The notes beneath the pieces were generated by a model. It was not told the DNA's origin and made no database searches. It worked only from the letters and a program-made list of their open reading frames with translations. From Octopus bimaculoides (lineage: Eukaryota), in contig NC_068991.1 of the NCBI RefSeq assembly GCF_001194135.2, positions 56,257,786 to 56,321,387 of the forward strand: 63,602 nt of DNA, read 5' to 3'. Each line of letters starts with the position of its first letter. Within the stretch, counting starts at the first letter, position 1. Shown piece after piece: positions 1-13,464 of this stretch. The position numbers were made by a program, and so were the translations under genes.

Positions 1-204
1 GGGGGGGGGGAGAAAAAAGAAAAAGCGAAATACAGAGGTGTAAAATGTTTTGCTGATAAGATTATAAGACAGTGATAGTATGAATGCACTTCTCACATAA
101 TATCTCTGGTTTGAATGATTGTTAAAATAACTCCCACAGTAAACAAACTGTGTGCATGTGTGTATAATATGTTTGCGCACATGTGTGTATATACACACAC
201 ACAT

Positions 205-530
205 ATGTAACCACATGGTTCCGAGTTAAGTCCCACTCTGTGGCACCTATGGAAAGTGTCCTCTACTATAGCCTCAGGCCAACCAAAGCCTTGTGAGTGG
301 ATCTGGTAGATGGAAACTGAATGAAGCCCGTCATATATGTGTGTATGTGTTTGTGTCTGTTTTTATCACCCCACCATTGCTTGACAATGAATGTTGGTGT
401 GTTTACGTTCCTGTTGTAACTTAGCAGTTCGGCAAAAGCGACCAATAGAATAAGTTCTGGGGTCAACTTGTTTGACTAAAGGCAGAGCTCCAGCGTGGCC
501 ACAGTCAAATGACTGGAATAAGTGAAAAAG
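205..530 (+). mobile_element. tRNA-derived SINE family A (representative copy)
   Basis: Consensus GGCTGTGTGGTAAGAAGCTTGCTTCCCAACCACATGGTTCxGGGTTCAGTCCCACTG (A/B-box-like; this copy is 5'-truncated), internal (TG)n, GACTGAAACAAGTAAAAGA tail. Other approximate copies: + 1403-1905, 11323-11470, 34995-35215, 44423-45050, 52838-52995, 60840-61000, 62625-62820; - 5275-5639, 7305-7694, 16385-16912, 18870-19190, 28270-28480, 31995-32220, 38950-39330, 40765-41065, 57440-57612. Confidence 0.85.
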
Positions 531-2788
531 AATACACACACACACACACACATAAACATATACATACATATACACATGCATACATATATGTACATATAAG
601 CATACATACACACCTACATATATATGTATATATATATATATAGATACATATATGGATGTATGTAGATATAAGAATTCAAGCCAATTCAAGAATTCACACT
701 AGGTATGGTAGTTGTGGTGGAGGTGACGGCGGTAGTGTTTGAAGGTAATTGTGGGATGTTCCAAAAATAATACAGGGTAACTGTCACCAAAACTAGTTTT
801 CTTTTTTTTTTTTTTTGTGACAAATTATTTCCTTGAGTCTAAAACAAATAAACTGCTTGGGGATTTATGCTAAATGTAAAAAGAATGTTGGGAAAGATTT
901 TAGCACTGGCCAGCAGTCGCTTCAGGTCAGCAAGTGTATGACTAGAAGCCTGAACAAGTTTACTGAGATCCGGCAGAATTCCCTTAGGAACAAACTTTCT
1001 TGGTCTGCCCTCATGTCTATCTAAGTAGGTTTACACATTTATAATTAGCATTTTAGTCTAATTGTGTTATCATTATTGTGATAAGAACAAAGGTGTCGAG
1101 TTGGCAGAATTGTTAGAAAGCCAAACACAATGCTTAGCAGCATTTTTCTTAACTCTTCACATTCTGAGTTCAAAGCTTGCTGATGCTAATTTTGCCTTTC
1201 ATACCTTAAAGGTTGATAAAATAAAGTACCAGTCAAGTACTAGGATTGATGTAATTGACTTAGCCTCTCTTCATAGAATTGTGACGCTTGAACCTTGTAA
1301 TGGACCAGTGATCCATTCAAGGGAATGTTGTCATGGAAATCAAGTGACAAGCCTTATGAGTTTCAGGGTTCAAGGAAAAAGAAAAAAAAAACTATCATAG
1401 ACATGGGTGTGGCTGTGTGGTAAGAAGCTTGCTTCCCAGCCACATGGTTCTGGGTTCAGTCCCACTGTGTGCTACCTTGGGCAAGTGCCTTTTACTATGG
1501 CCTTGGGCTGATCAAAGCACTGAGTGGATTTGGTAGAAGGAAACTGAAAGAAGCCCATCATATATATGTGTGTTTGTCTTTTGCTACCACTTGGCATCTT
1601 GACAGTCTCAGGTCAACCAAAACCTTGTGAGTGGATTTGGTAAATGGAAACTAAAAGAAACCTGTAATGTGTGTGTGTCTTTGTGCTTGCTTTCCACCAC
1701 TGATTGACAACTGGTGTTGGTGTGTTTATATCACTGTAACTTAGCAATTTGGCATAGGAGACTGATAAAATGAGTGCCATGCTTACAAACAAGAAAAAAA
1801 AAAACACTATTGGGGGTCAATTCATTTGACTAAAAATTCTTCAGCACAGTGCTCTGGCATGGACAGAATCTCATGTCAAACAAGTAAAAGATAAGAAATA
1901 AAAGATCAAAGTTGTTTTACATAAGAAATCTTGTAACCCATTGCATCACTATGCTGGCACTAAAATAGGTTCTAGCTGTATACCATATAGCAATGAATCA
2001 ACCACTTAGAGCTTGTTTTTTTCGTTTTTTTCAAGGGTTGTATTTGTGTGTGTCTATGTGCACAGAAGGATTTCTGAACAATCCTGAGGGATTAACAAAA
2101 TACTTGCCAGTGATTACAGTTCTCTCTTGTTTATAGTGGCATGTCCATGTATTTCTATCAAGAACAACTAACACATAGAATGGGAGGTGCCTTGGAATGT
2201 GGTAATAGGAAATGATGAATCAACCATGCAGTAGTAGGTCAGGGTCAGCCCTCAATAAACTTAGTAATTCCTGTTCCAGAAACTTCTATTCTACTCTGAA
2301 ACGAGCAGATAAATTTATAAAACGAATCCAAGATCTGGATTTCTTCAATATGCAAAGCAACAAGGATTTTGGTTTATATCTTTTGACAAAGACCTTATGA
2401 TGTTGTTTAGTTCCAGGTGGACCTTGATTGAATAAACCTTATGATAAATGTTCCAGCTATTGCCATCCAGCATTTCTGTAAATAAGGAACTACACTGTCT
2501 TGTGTGTCCTTTTTTCTTTTACCATGGACAGTTGAGTGTGATTTGAAGGAGTTTTGTTGCAATTTATAGATCTCAGTTGCTGGTTTACGGACATTCTGAG
2601 AAGTTTACTGCTAAAAGTAAAGGTTAACTCTCAAAGAGATCTGGAATAGCTGTCCCTTGAAGCCCTCATCTCACAGGAAAGGAAAAGAGTATGTAAGGTG
2701 TAGGGGTGGGGTGGGGCAAAAAAACTGAAAGTTTTTGAAAACAAAATTGTTTTCGGAATGCTAATTTCTGTTGTATGAAACAGAAATA

Positions 2789-2830
<42 letters not shown>

Positions 2831-3475
2831 AGGACGGGTGGGGGTAGGAAGAGGAACTACTCTTTTCTTTTCCCATGGGGGTAAAGAGCTTGGAGTAATA
2901 GCTATTCCAAAATTCTGCCAAAAACAATCTATATATAGATCCTTTGTCAGTATAGAAAAACAAATTCTAAACTGATAAAGTCGATAAATGATAAAAAAAA
3001 GAAAAAAACAACCATTTTATAGGGAAAAAAAAGACAAAGAAAAATTAAAGGAAAACACATTGGCAAAAATATGGGGAGACCTTCCAAACCAGCAGAATAT
3101 TAAAAACCTAAATTAAGGTGAGAATTGGTGGATGGTCGTACAATGGATTGATTTATTATACATATTACAAGGTGACCAGCTCCACTTGAAAAGGGGAGAT
3201 AATCTCAAGAGTCAAGTATTCCCCAAAATTGGCAAGCCATTAAAGAAAAAGACAGGGTTATTGCCTGGAGATAAGACAATCTGGGGTACATGTTTCTGGC
3301 TCAGTCTTCATCAACACAGCACTTGTGCAATCTTTTTCTCCAGTAGCTAAGAAACTTAGACTTATACATATAAGAGGTAGAACACATTTTTGGTCAAGGC
3401 AGTACCTCAGCATAGCCTACAGTCTGAGTGAAACAGGTAAAAGGTAAAAATTAAAAAATAATTGCAACATTGGTG

Positions 3476-3855
3476 GTTGGCACTCCGTCGGTTACGACAA
3501 CGAGGGTTCCAGTTGATCCGATCAACGGAACAGCCTGCTCGTGAAATTAACGTGCAAGTGGCTGAGCATTCCACAGACACGTGTACCCTTTATGTAGTTC
3601 TCGGGGAAATTCAGCGTGACACAGAGTGTGACAAGGCTGGCCCTTTGAAATACAGGTACAACAGAAACAGGAAGTAAGAGTGAGAGAAAGTTGTGATGAA
3701 AGAGTACAACAGGGTTCACCACCATCCTCTGCCGGAGCCTCGTGGAGCTTTAGGTGTTTTCGCTCAATAAACACGCACAACGCCCGGTCTGGGAATCAAA
3801 ACCGCGATCCTACAACCGCCATTTCGCTGCCCTAACCGCTGGGCCATTGCGCCAC
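3476..3855 (-). mobile_element. tRNA-derived SINE family B (near full length, young)
   Basis: tRNA-like head at the right end (revcomp GGCGCAATGGCCCAGCGGTTAGGGCAGC..GGTTTTGATTCCCAGACC); body ttggcactccgtcggttacgac..ggaacagcctgctc..tgtgacaaggc. Related copies: 54193-54505, 8787-9070, 28483-28710, 28802-29040; opposite orientation ~6430-6690 and ~13825-14100. Confidence 0.85.
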
Positions 3856-4785
3856 CATTATATGGAATGATAAACTCAAATCGAGAGAGAGAGAGGAGCT
3901 GTTACAACAAACTTTAGTACTCAGTAGGCCAAAATTGGTGACTGGTTGTTGCTGTTATTTCATGTGAACACTGCTTAATAGATATTTGAGGGACAATGTA
4001 TAAAGACCACAACAGCCGCATTACATCATAAACTCCTCTGTGTAGAGAAATTTTCAAGGGAAGGAAGCAGGGGAGGGGGGCATTACAAATAGACCCTCTC
4101 AAAAGCCAGATTCTCCTCCACTCATTCTCCACCACACGCAACACATACAAACACCACTACCACCACCACCACCACCACCACCGAAACTTGCTAAACTTTA
4201 GTCACAGTCAGATCATTCTGAATTTCACAGTACTTCTCTACTCATCCTTCCTGACAATGAGATTCTCAATGGCAACTTGATCTGAGGAAAGGGAGGGGAG
4301 AGAGAGAGAGCGAGCGAGAGAGAAACAGAGAAAGAAAAAAGACATAGAGAGGGGGAAGCAGAAACAGTCAGAAGCATGCAAGTCGGCTTCTTCCTCTTCC
4401 TACCTCCCTATCTGCTGTGAAGGACTCTACACTCCTCCACCACCTCTGCCTCGAACTGGCAGCCAAACACCAACAGAAGTAGCAGGGTAAGTAGAGGAGT
4501 GTTAACCCCACCACCACCAACAACAGCACCACCTCTTCCCTCCTCCCTATAACACCTCAACTGGCTACCATGACAACTAAACTTAAACCTCTCCTGTGTT
4601 GCTGATAAGAGAGAGGAAGAGAGGGAAGGAAAGAGAGAGAGATAGAGAAAGGGTGGTGGCAGTGGTGGTGGTAACAGTGTGGATCTGATACCCTGGCCAA
4701 GAAACATTTTGTTTTCACAGGTGTCACTTCCACTACATATGGGTGAGTACTTGAGTGAGTGAGTATGTGTGTGTATGTAGGTGTG

Positions 4786-4827
4786 TGAGTACTTGTGTCT
4801 ATATATATATATATATATATAAAACAT

Positions 4828-4878
<51 letters not shown>

Positions 4879-5001
4879 CATACATACATACACAGAGTTA
4901 AGTATACAGTTCATCTTTATCTGTATCAGTGTACACATATACGCATGTAACCACATAACTGTGTGAGAGTATGTGTGTGAATGCCAAACAGAAGTGTAAG
5001 A

Positions 5002-5031
<30 letters not shown>
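4786..5031. repeat. Compound (TG)n/(TA)n/(TACA)n microsatellites, representative of dozens in the window
   Basis: Direct reading. (GA)n, (CA)n, (TAT)n, (GAT)n, (CCA)n and (TATC)n arrays occur throughout, and many abut gaps. Confidence 0.95.
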
Positions 5032-5036
<5 letters not shown>

Positions 5037-8000
5037 AGAAGCTATAACACGAAGTAGGACAGTACCAACTCCAACACTTTGAACACATAATTAACGCCAC
5101 CCACCATGGCTTCTCCAGATTTCAGCAGTTACAATGTTGGGAAGCTCTTTGTGGTCACTAGACTTGCTAGTTATAGCAGCCAGAAATATCTTATCTGGAC
5201 ACAGGAGTCAAGAAATACACAAAGTGGAGAGGGGAGGAGACCATAGTTGCAACTCCAGTGATTCTGTCTAGCTATCTATCATCTACTTGTTCCAGTCACT
5301 GGATTGCAGCCATGCTGGGGCACCACCTTGACAGGCTTAGCTAAATAAATTGACCTCAGTACTTTGTTTAGTTTTATAAGTTTTGTGGGGTTTTTACGTC
5401 AGTCTCTTTTGCTGAACTGCTAGTTTATGGAGGACAATGATTATTAAGGAGAGTGAGTAGGTCAAGGGAGAAAACACAAACACATAAGCACATATATATA
5501 TGGGTAGCTTCATACAGTTTCTGTCTACCAAATTTACTTAAAAGGTATTGGTTGACATGGGGCTAAAGGTGCTGCACACTAAGACTGAACCAAGAGTGAC
5601 ATGGTGGCAAAGCAAGCATCTTAATCACATGGCCACAACNNNNNNNNNNNNNNNNNNNNNNNNNNNNNNNNNNNNNNNNNNNNNNNNNNNNNNNNNNNNN
5701 NNNNNNNNNNNNNNNNNNNNNNNNNNNNNNNNNNNNNNNNNNNNNNNNNNNNNNNNNNNNNNNNNNNNNNNNNNNNNNNNNNNNNNNNNNNNNNNNNNNN
5801 NNNNNNNNNNNNNNNNNNNNNNNNNNNNNNNNNNNNNNNNNNNNNNNNNNNNNNNNNNNNNNNNNNNNNNNNNNNNNNNNNNNNNNNNNNNNNNNNNNNN
5901 NNNNNNNNNNNNNNNNNNNNNNNNNNNNNNNNNNNNNNNNNNNNNNNNNNNNNNNNNNNNNNNNNNNNNNNNNNNNNNNNNNNNNNNNNNNNNNNNNNNN
6001 NNNNNNNNNNNNNNNNNNNNNNNNNNNNNNNNNNNNNNNNNNNNNNNNNNNNNNNNNNNAAATATATTTTAAGAAAACAAAAATTAATAAAAAAAGAATA
6101 AAACCCAAATTAATAAAAATGTTAAGTTGCGGATAGCTGTAGTAACTGGAGGTTTCAGTAAACACACACCCCTTTTACATACACACACCCCTTTTACATA
6201 CACACACATATAGCCATAGAGTTATTGTTTTCAGCGTACAATTTTCATCATCCCACTACCAAGTATGACATCACCCCTTTCTTCCTTATTCATCTATTAC
6301 CCCTTCCTTTCTCGTTCATAAACACAAGAGTATCATTATAGTAGATTATCTTAGTAACCATGGGAACTATGAAAAAAATACAAAGCCCAGCAACACCACC
6401 AGATCATTCTACACATCTTAGTGGTAAGAGTATTCACCTCACAATCATAAGGCAATATGTTGTGTCCTTGAGCAAGACACTTTATTTCACATTGCACCAG
6501 TTCACTCGACTGGCAAAAATGAGTTGTACCTGTTATTCAGTTACATTCTGTGTCACACCTGAATCTCCCCGAGAACTATGTTAAGCTTGTGTATGTCTTT
6601 GGAGTACTCAACCACTTGCATGTTAATTTGCTAAGCAGGCTGTTCCACTGATTGGATCAACTCAAACATTTGTCATAATCACCAGAGTGCTATTTTTCTT
6701 TTTATCTGTCTAGTTATCTGTCTGTCTATCTACCAATCTACACATACACACATACCATAACAGGCATAAACATGAATTTATGACTGCATGGCTGTCTAGA
6801 TATGTGTGTATTGTTGAAAAGTGGTAGTGAGTTGTTATAACCAACTCTTAAAAGACTAATGTAGACAATAAAAAGTTTCATCTTGTAAATCCTTGGCAAA
6901 TAACTGCACTTTACAGCAAGAAATGGTAGCTTTGGTAATGTTCTTCATTCACCAGCTGGTGCCAGATGGAAGCACTCATTTCCTTTGGGTTAAAAAAAAA
7001 CCCAACAAAAAACAAAGAAATATAAAAAAAAATAGTGGCTACATGAGAGTTGTACGGATATTCAGGATGTGAAACAGAAGTTCGATGGCCTTAAGGTTTG
7101 ATGTTTTGCAAGATGAGAGGGCAGAGTTCTACAAATAATGTAACCACTCAAAGTTAGTGCTGTAAATGACAGTGGTGATGTTGATGGTTGTGGTGAGGCT
7201 AATGATTGTGATGGTTGGTGGTGATGATGATGCTGATGGTTATGGTGACGATGATGATAGTGATATTGATGGTTAGGAAGTAAGCTTCTTAATTACACGG
7301 CCATGCTTTTATCTTATTTGTCATTAGAGTGCGGCCATGCTGGGGCAGCACTTTCAAGTATTTTTGACGAATGAACTGACCCCAGTACTTCTATTTTTAA
7401 GCTTGGTATTTGTTCTATTAGTTACTCTTGCCGAACTGCTAAGTTACAGGGATGTAAACACACGAACATCAATTGTCAAGTGGTGGTGAGGGAGACATGC
7501 ACACAAACACAAAGACATGTACACAGATGCAAATGTACAAACGACAGGATTTTTCCAGTTACTGTCTACCAAATCCATTCACAAGGCTTTGGTTGAACCA
7601 AGGCTATAGTAGAAGACACTTGCCCAACGTGCCACACAGTGGGACTGGACACAGAAGCACATGGCTGGGAAGCAAGCTTCTTACCACACAGCCATTTGTA
7701 TTCTATACAATATGAATTGGCTTCAAATTTTGGTACAAAGCCAGCAGTTTCAGTGAAGGGGCTAGGTCAGTTATATCACCCCCGCCTTGTACTCAACTGG
7801 CACTTATTTTATTGACCCAGAAAGTATGGAAGGCTAATTTGAGCTTGGTGGGAACTGAACTCAAACATAAAAGCAGACGGAATGCTACTAAGTATTTTGT
7901 CCAGCGTGCTAATGATTCGGCCAGCTCACCACCGCTGCTCAACAACCAGTGTTGGTTTGTTTATATTCACATAACTTAGCAGTTTGGTAAAAAGAGTCCG

Positions 8001-8675
8001 ACAGACTAAGTACCAGGCTTTAAAAAAAAAAGTGAAAATAAGCACTTAAGGGTGATTTGTTCGACAAAAATCCTTCAAGGTACTGCCGAAGCATGGCCAC
8101 AGTCCAATGGCTAAAACAAGGAAAAGCTAAAGTAATAAACACAACAAAATATAATAAAATAAAATAAAATAAATAAATGAAATAATTAATTAATAAATTT
8201 GAATACGAAAATGTATTTTTCGTCAATGACAAAAATAGTCTCTAAGACAAGTTAAGAAATAAACGGTCAGAATAAATAGCATTGATTTGCAGAAGAGAAT
8301 GTCAGCTTTTGTCTGGGTAGTGAGTGTAACAATTTTATACATAAATAAATCAACCATCTCTCTCTCTCTCTCTCTCTCTTGCCTTATCCATCTCCCCCCA
8401 CCCTTGCTTTACTGCCAATCAATGGTGGTAGTACAAATTGGAATTAATTTTAATGAATGTGAACATCTCAGCGAAGGAAATATAAATTTGTGTATATGGA
8501 GGAGATAGTGGGGGGAAAATTTGATTAGATGACAAAGTAGAAAACTAGTAGGCAATGAAAATTGTACAAGTTGTTGAGTCACTACAGTGTCGGGGAGTGG
8601 GGGGGGGGNNNNNNNNNNNNNNNNNNNNNNNNNNNNNNNNNNNNNNNNNNNNNNNNNNNNNNNNNNNNNNNNNNG

Positions 8676-8722
<47 letters not shown>

Positions 8723-9576
8723 GACTGTGAAGAAGAAGAGAGGAGATTTCATGTGTGTATGTATGTGCCTATCAATCACACAAGAACTGGCACTCCGTCG
8801 GTTACGACGATGAGGGCTCCAGTTGATCAAATCAACGGAACAGCCTGCTTGTCAAATTAACATGCAAGTGGCTGAGTACTCCACAGACATGCATGTCCTT
8901 AATGTAATTTTCAGGGAGATTCAGTGTGATACAGAATGTGACAAAGCTGACCCTTTGAATTACAGGTACAACTCAATTTTGCCAGTTGAGTGGACTTGAG
9001 CGACATGAAGTAAAGTGTCTTGCTTAAGGAGACAATGTGCCCCCCCCAGCTATTGAACTCATAACCTGACCAACTTGGGCCAAATATCCTAACCACTTAA
9101 ATATCCAAATATCCTAACTAAATTCGGGACCTTCATCCACAGCAAAATATTTTTTTATAAATTATGAAAACTCATACTGGCCAAAAATCTTCAAAACTCT
9201 TTTTCTGTAAGCAAAACCGTTGTCAGTAGGTCAAGCCTATAATGCTATGTTGATGAGAACCAATGTTAAAACACGACCATAGTTGTCCCATTGCTTGCAA
9301 AATCAGACTTTCCCTACTCTTCCTCCATTGACGATTGAATTTTCTAACACATGAAACTTTGATAACTTAGCAAGATTGATGCCAATATGTACAAATTATA
9401 TCAGTTCCAATATATTTAGATACTTACACATCCACACGATATGTGTGTGTGAGTATACTGCAGTTTAGCAAGTTTTCAATGATATATCTGCTTTAAACAT
9501 CATACAAAGATTACAATTTTTAACTAATACAGCTGCCATCGCTAATAATGTATGTGTGTGTGTGTGTGTGTGTATG

Positions 9577-9632
<56 letters not shown>

Positions 9633-11527
9633 NNNNNNNNNNNNNNNNNNNNNNNNNNNNNNNNNNNNNNNNNNNNNNNNNNNNNNNNNNNNNNNNNNNN
9701 NNNNNNNNNNNNNNNNNNNNNNNNNNNNNNNNNNNNNNNNNNNNNNNNNNNNNNNNNNNNNNNNNNNNNNNNNNNNNNNNNNNNNNNNNNNNNNNNNNNN
9801 NNNNNNNNNNNNNNNNNNNNNNNNNNNNNNNNNNNNNNNNNNNNNNNNNNNNNNNNNNNNNNNNNNNNNNNNNNNNNNNNNNNNNNNNNNNNNNNNNNNN
9901 NNNNNNNNNNNNNNNNNNNNNNNNNNNNNNNNNNNNNNNNNNNNNNNNNNNNNNNNNNNNNNNNNNNNNNNNNNNNNNNNNNNNNNNNNNNNNNNNNNNN
10001 NNNNNNNNNNNNNNNNNNNNNNNNNNNNNNNNNNNNNNNNNNNNNNNNNNNNNNNNNNNNNNNNNNNNNNNNNNNNNNNNNNNNNNNNNNNNNNNNNNNN
10101 NNNNNNNNNNNNNNNNNNNNNNNNNNNNNNNNNNNNNNNNNNNNNNNNNNNNNNNNNNNNNNNNNNNNNNNNNNNNNNNNNNNNNNNNNNNNNNNNNNNN
10201 NNNNNNNNNNNNNNNNNNNNNNNNNNNNNNNNNNNNNNNNNNNNNNNNNNNNNNNNNNNNNNNNNNNNNNNNNNNNNNNNNNNNNNNNNNNNNNNNNNNN
10301 NNNNNNNNNNNNNNNNNNNNNNNNNNNNNNNNNNNNNNNNNNNNNNNNNNNNNNNNNNNNNNNNNNNNNNNNNNNNNNNNNNNNNNNNNNNNNNNNNNNN
10401 NNATTTACTGACATATATAGGGAGGAAAGGAGAAGTACGAGGAAGGGGGAGACAATGAAAAGAAGAAAGAACAGAGATGGGTGTGGGAGAAGGAAGGCAA
10501 CTCAATAGCAGATACAGTTAAATTAAAATTTATCACCTATCTGACCTCTGACCCAGTTGTGCCCTGCCACCTCCTCCACCCAACCCATAACTAACCACAG
10601 TGCAGAGTCCCTAGTTTTTTCTTTTTTCTATGTCAGCTTACTGTCAGCCTAATTTGAAGACAGTTAAGTAACAATTATGGAACAATTACACGCACTGTGC
10701 AGCACTAAAGAGAAACAAGCCCATTCGAAATTGTTTATACACACATGAAGATATATACACACATGGATATACACACACATAGATAAACTGAAATTCAAGT
10801 CAGTCAACAAAGAACTCGGGGAAATGTATAAATAGAGACTTTTCCCATTAATGTGTCTGTTAGTGAGCGAACGTGTATGTATGTATGTATGTATGCATGT
10901 ACATGCACGTGCACATGCAAAGAAAAATAAAACTCAGACAGACACACACGTGCAGGTGTGGAGATGATTGTTTTACACTGGAAGATTTTAAAGTAACACA
11001 GGCACAATTTCAGTACAAGTTAGAAACGAGCTCAGACAGAGTGATATGGTGTGATGAAGTGAGCAAGATGTGTGCCAGTGAGTGTGTGTATGTGCGCGTG
11101 CATGTAATGTGTTGCAATGGGTTATGTTATGCGCACACAGTCAGGTGTGTGTGTGTGTGTGTGCAACTGACATCAGTTATTTTGAATGCACCAGGAGAAC
11201 TCTAAAACAATATTGTTTGAAAGCAACAACAGAGCAATGTTAATTAGTCTGTAAGCAAGTTAAATTAGACCCTGGGTACTTTCTTATGATTGACAGCCAA
11301 TTTGTAATTTACTCAAGGTGCAGGCATGGCTGTGTGGTAAAAAGTTCTCTTCTCAAATCACATGGTTTTGGGTTCAGTCCTGTTGCATAACACCCTAGGA
11401 AAGTGTCTCCAACTATAACCTAAGACTGACCAAAGCTTTGTGAGTGGATTTGGTGGCTGGAAACTGAAAGAAGCCAGGCCTTTGCTTTTTTTCTTTCTTG
11501 GTGATGTAGTGATAGCTACTATTTGAG

Positions 11528-11670
11528 TGGTTGGCGTTAGGAAGGGCATCCAGCTGTAGAAACTCTGCCAGATCAGATTGGAGCCTGGTGCAGCCATCTG
11601 GTTCGCCAGCCCTCAGTCAAATCGTCCAACCCATGCTAGCACGGAAAGCAGATGTTAAACGGTGATGATT
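11528..11670 (+). mobile_element. RTE-type 3' tail repeat (short RTE stub or RTE-tailed SINE)
   Basis: GTTGGCGTTAGGAAGGGCATCCAGCTGTAGAAAC..AACCCATGCTAGC..GGAAAGCAGATGTTAAAC(GAT)n. Over 10 related copies, e.g. 21660-21990, 23530-23705, 40130-40325, 53005-53170(-), 54520-54720, 57060-57420. Confidence 0.7.
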
Positions 11671-12257
11671 TCATTATGACAATATAACAGGATTTTAAAA
11701 ATATCGAATGGATATAGGTGTCCACTGAAGTTATGTTATGCACACACAGTCAGGTGTGTGTGTTTGAAAGCAACAACAGAGTAATATTAATTAATCTCTA
11801 AGTAAGTCCCAACCCATCATCTCACCATATAAAGCTGCTTCCCACCTCACCTGCAGTTTCAGGGTTTGTAACCTTGCAAGCCACATGGTAACCTTACTAG
11901 GGCTGATGGCAAATAAAAAGCACACAGTATATGATGGAAAGTGGTTGGCATAAAGGAAGGGTGCCCAGTCATAGAAACCATGCTAAAGCAGACACTGGAG
12001 CACAATGCAATTCTTGGACTCACTGGGTCCTGTTAAGCCATCGAAAACATGTCAGCAAGGACACTAAATGATGTTGACCACGATTTCTGTATTAATTTCA
12101 TATTTATTCATTATTTTAATTTTTTTTTGTGTTCGGCATAAAATCAATACAAACACACACACACACACTCTCTCTCTCTCTCTCTCTCTGAAAGTACATT
12201 TTAATGAAACGAGGAATGGAAAAACATAAAAGCAACTTTTGGGGAAAAAATACATAA

Positions 12258-12613
12258 AAGAACAGGAACAAAAGTGTTTCTTTTTTTTTTGAGCAAAAAG
12301 AAATAAACTGCTAAAAAAATTAAATGGTAGGTGAGGGTAAGCAAAAACAATGTAAAGTAGAACTCTGTGGTGGTGAGGGCAAAGAGATGGAGGTGTATAC
12401 AATAGAAAACTGTTCAAGTGTTTAGTGAGANNNNNNNNNNAAGAACAGGAACAAAAGTGTTTCTTTTTTTTTTGAGCAAAAAGAAATAAACTGCTAAAAA
12501 AATTAAATGGTAGGTGAGGGTAAGCAAAAACAATGTAAAGTAGAACTCTGTGGTGGTGAGGGCAAAGAGATGGAGGTGTATACAATAGAAAACTGTTCAA
12601 GTGTTTAGTGAGA
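12258..12613. repeat. Apparently exact 173-bp duplication flanking a 10-N gap (probable assembly artefact)
   Basis: 12258-12430 equals 12441-12613, separated only by NNNNNNNNNN. Confidence 0.85.
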
Positions 12614-13139
12614 TTTAGAGGTATAAAGTGAATTAAGTAGTTTGTATGTGCATGATGTATGTATATGTGTGTGTATATGTGTATGTGCTACAGTGACAAA
12701 AAGTGAGGAGAAATTTTGGGAACTGCTATGAACATTTAAAGCTGTCTCAAGTGAAAGCAGCAGCAATATTGAGCAGGTAGAATAATAATGATGATGATAA
12801 AAAGAACTGGTGGATGGTGAGAGTTGGTGGAGAATAATATTGCTGACTGTTCTCAATTTAGGGGGAGGATTGTTTGGTAATGTGTACGTGCGCTTGCGTA
12901 CATGTGTGATTTTTATTTTATTTTATTTTTTATTTTTAATCAATTCAGAAAAGATAAAACAGAAACAAGAAGAATTGTCTTTCAGATTAAACAGATAAAG
13001 AAGAAAAAAAAAACAACGGAAAGAAAAAGAGATAAATTGTATTGATTGCAAATAGAAGGTAAAAAAAAGATAAACAAAAAACAAAAAATAAACAATTCAT
13101 TGCATTTCATGTGCTTTTGTGTGTTTATGTGTATATGTA

Positions 13140-13177
<38 letters not shown>

Positions 13178-13412
13178 TTTAATGTAAATATTTCTATTGC
13201 CTTCCTCCACACTCCACCAACCACCACCACCACAAGGGTTCTTAGAATCCAACACTTTTAGATCTGATTTCTTAGTAGGAAGTGGATAAGAAATGAATCT
13301 CCTACTGGATAAGATGCCAGTCTATTGTGCAAATCATATACCAGTCCTTTTGTGTTAATTAGGTGAACTTGAAGCATGTTTCTAATGAAGCGTAATATAT
13401 TCATCCAACCTA

Positions 13413-13464
13413 TACCAGCATGAGTTGGATGAAGCATAATGTATTCATCCAACTCATGCCAGCA
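13413..13464. other. Compact hairpin, 16-bp perfect stem and 10-nt loop
   Basis: GCATGAGTTGGATGAA-gcataatgta-TTCATCCAACTCATGC; extends to 21 bp with G-U pairs on the minus strand. Confidence 0.8.

Noticed and set aside
838-1020. ~60-codon open minus frame DRHEGRPRKFVPKGILPDLSKL...
   Set aside because: No start codon, no convincing splice sites, no recognisable family.
3800-3855. tRNA-like A/B-box sequences here and at many other sites
   Set aside because: They are SINE heads continuing into repeat bodies, not tRNA genes.
5548-10508. Long ORFs of 170-350 aa in the track (also 29594-30581, 39021-39826, 43167-44009)
   Set aside because: Artefacts of N runs and dinucleotide repeats (poly-X, HTHT, CVCV, ERER).
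12064-12613. 178-aa ORF with an internal repeat
   Set aside because: Produced by an exact duplication across a 10-N gap, i.e. an unmerged contig overlap.
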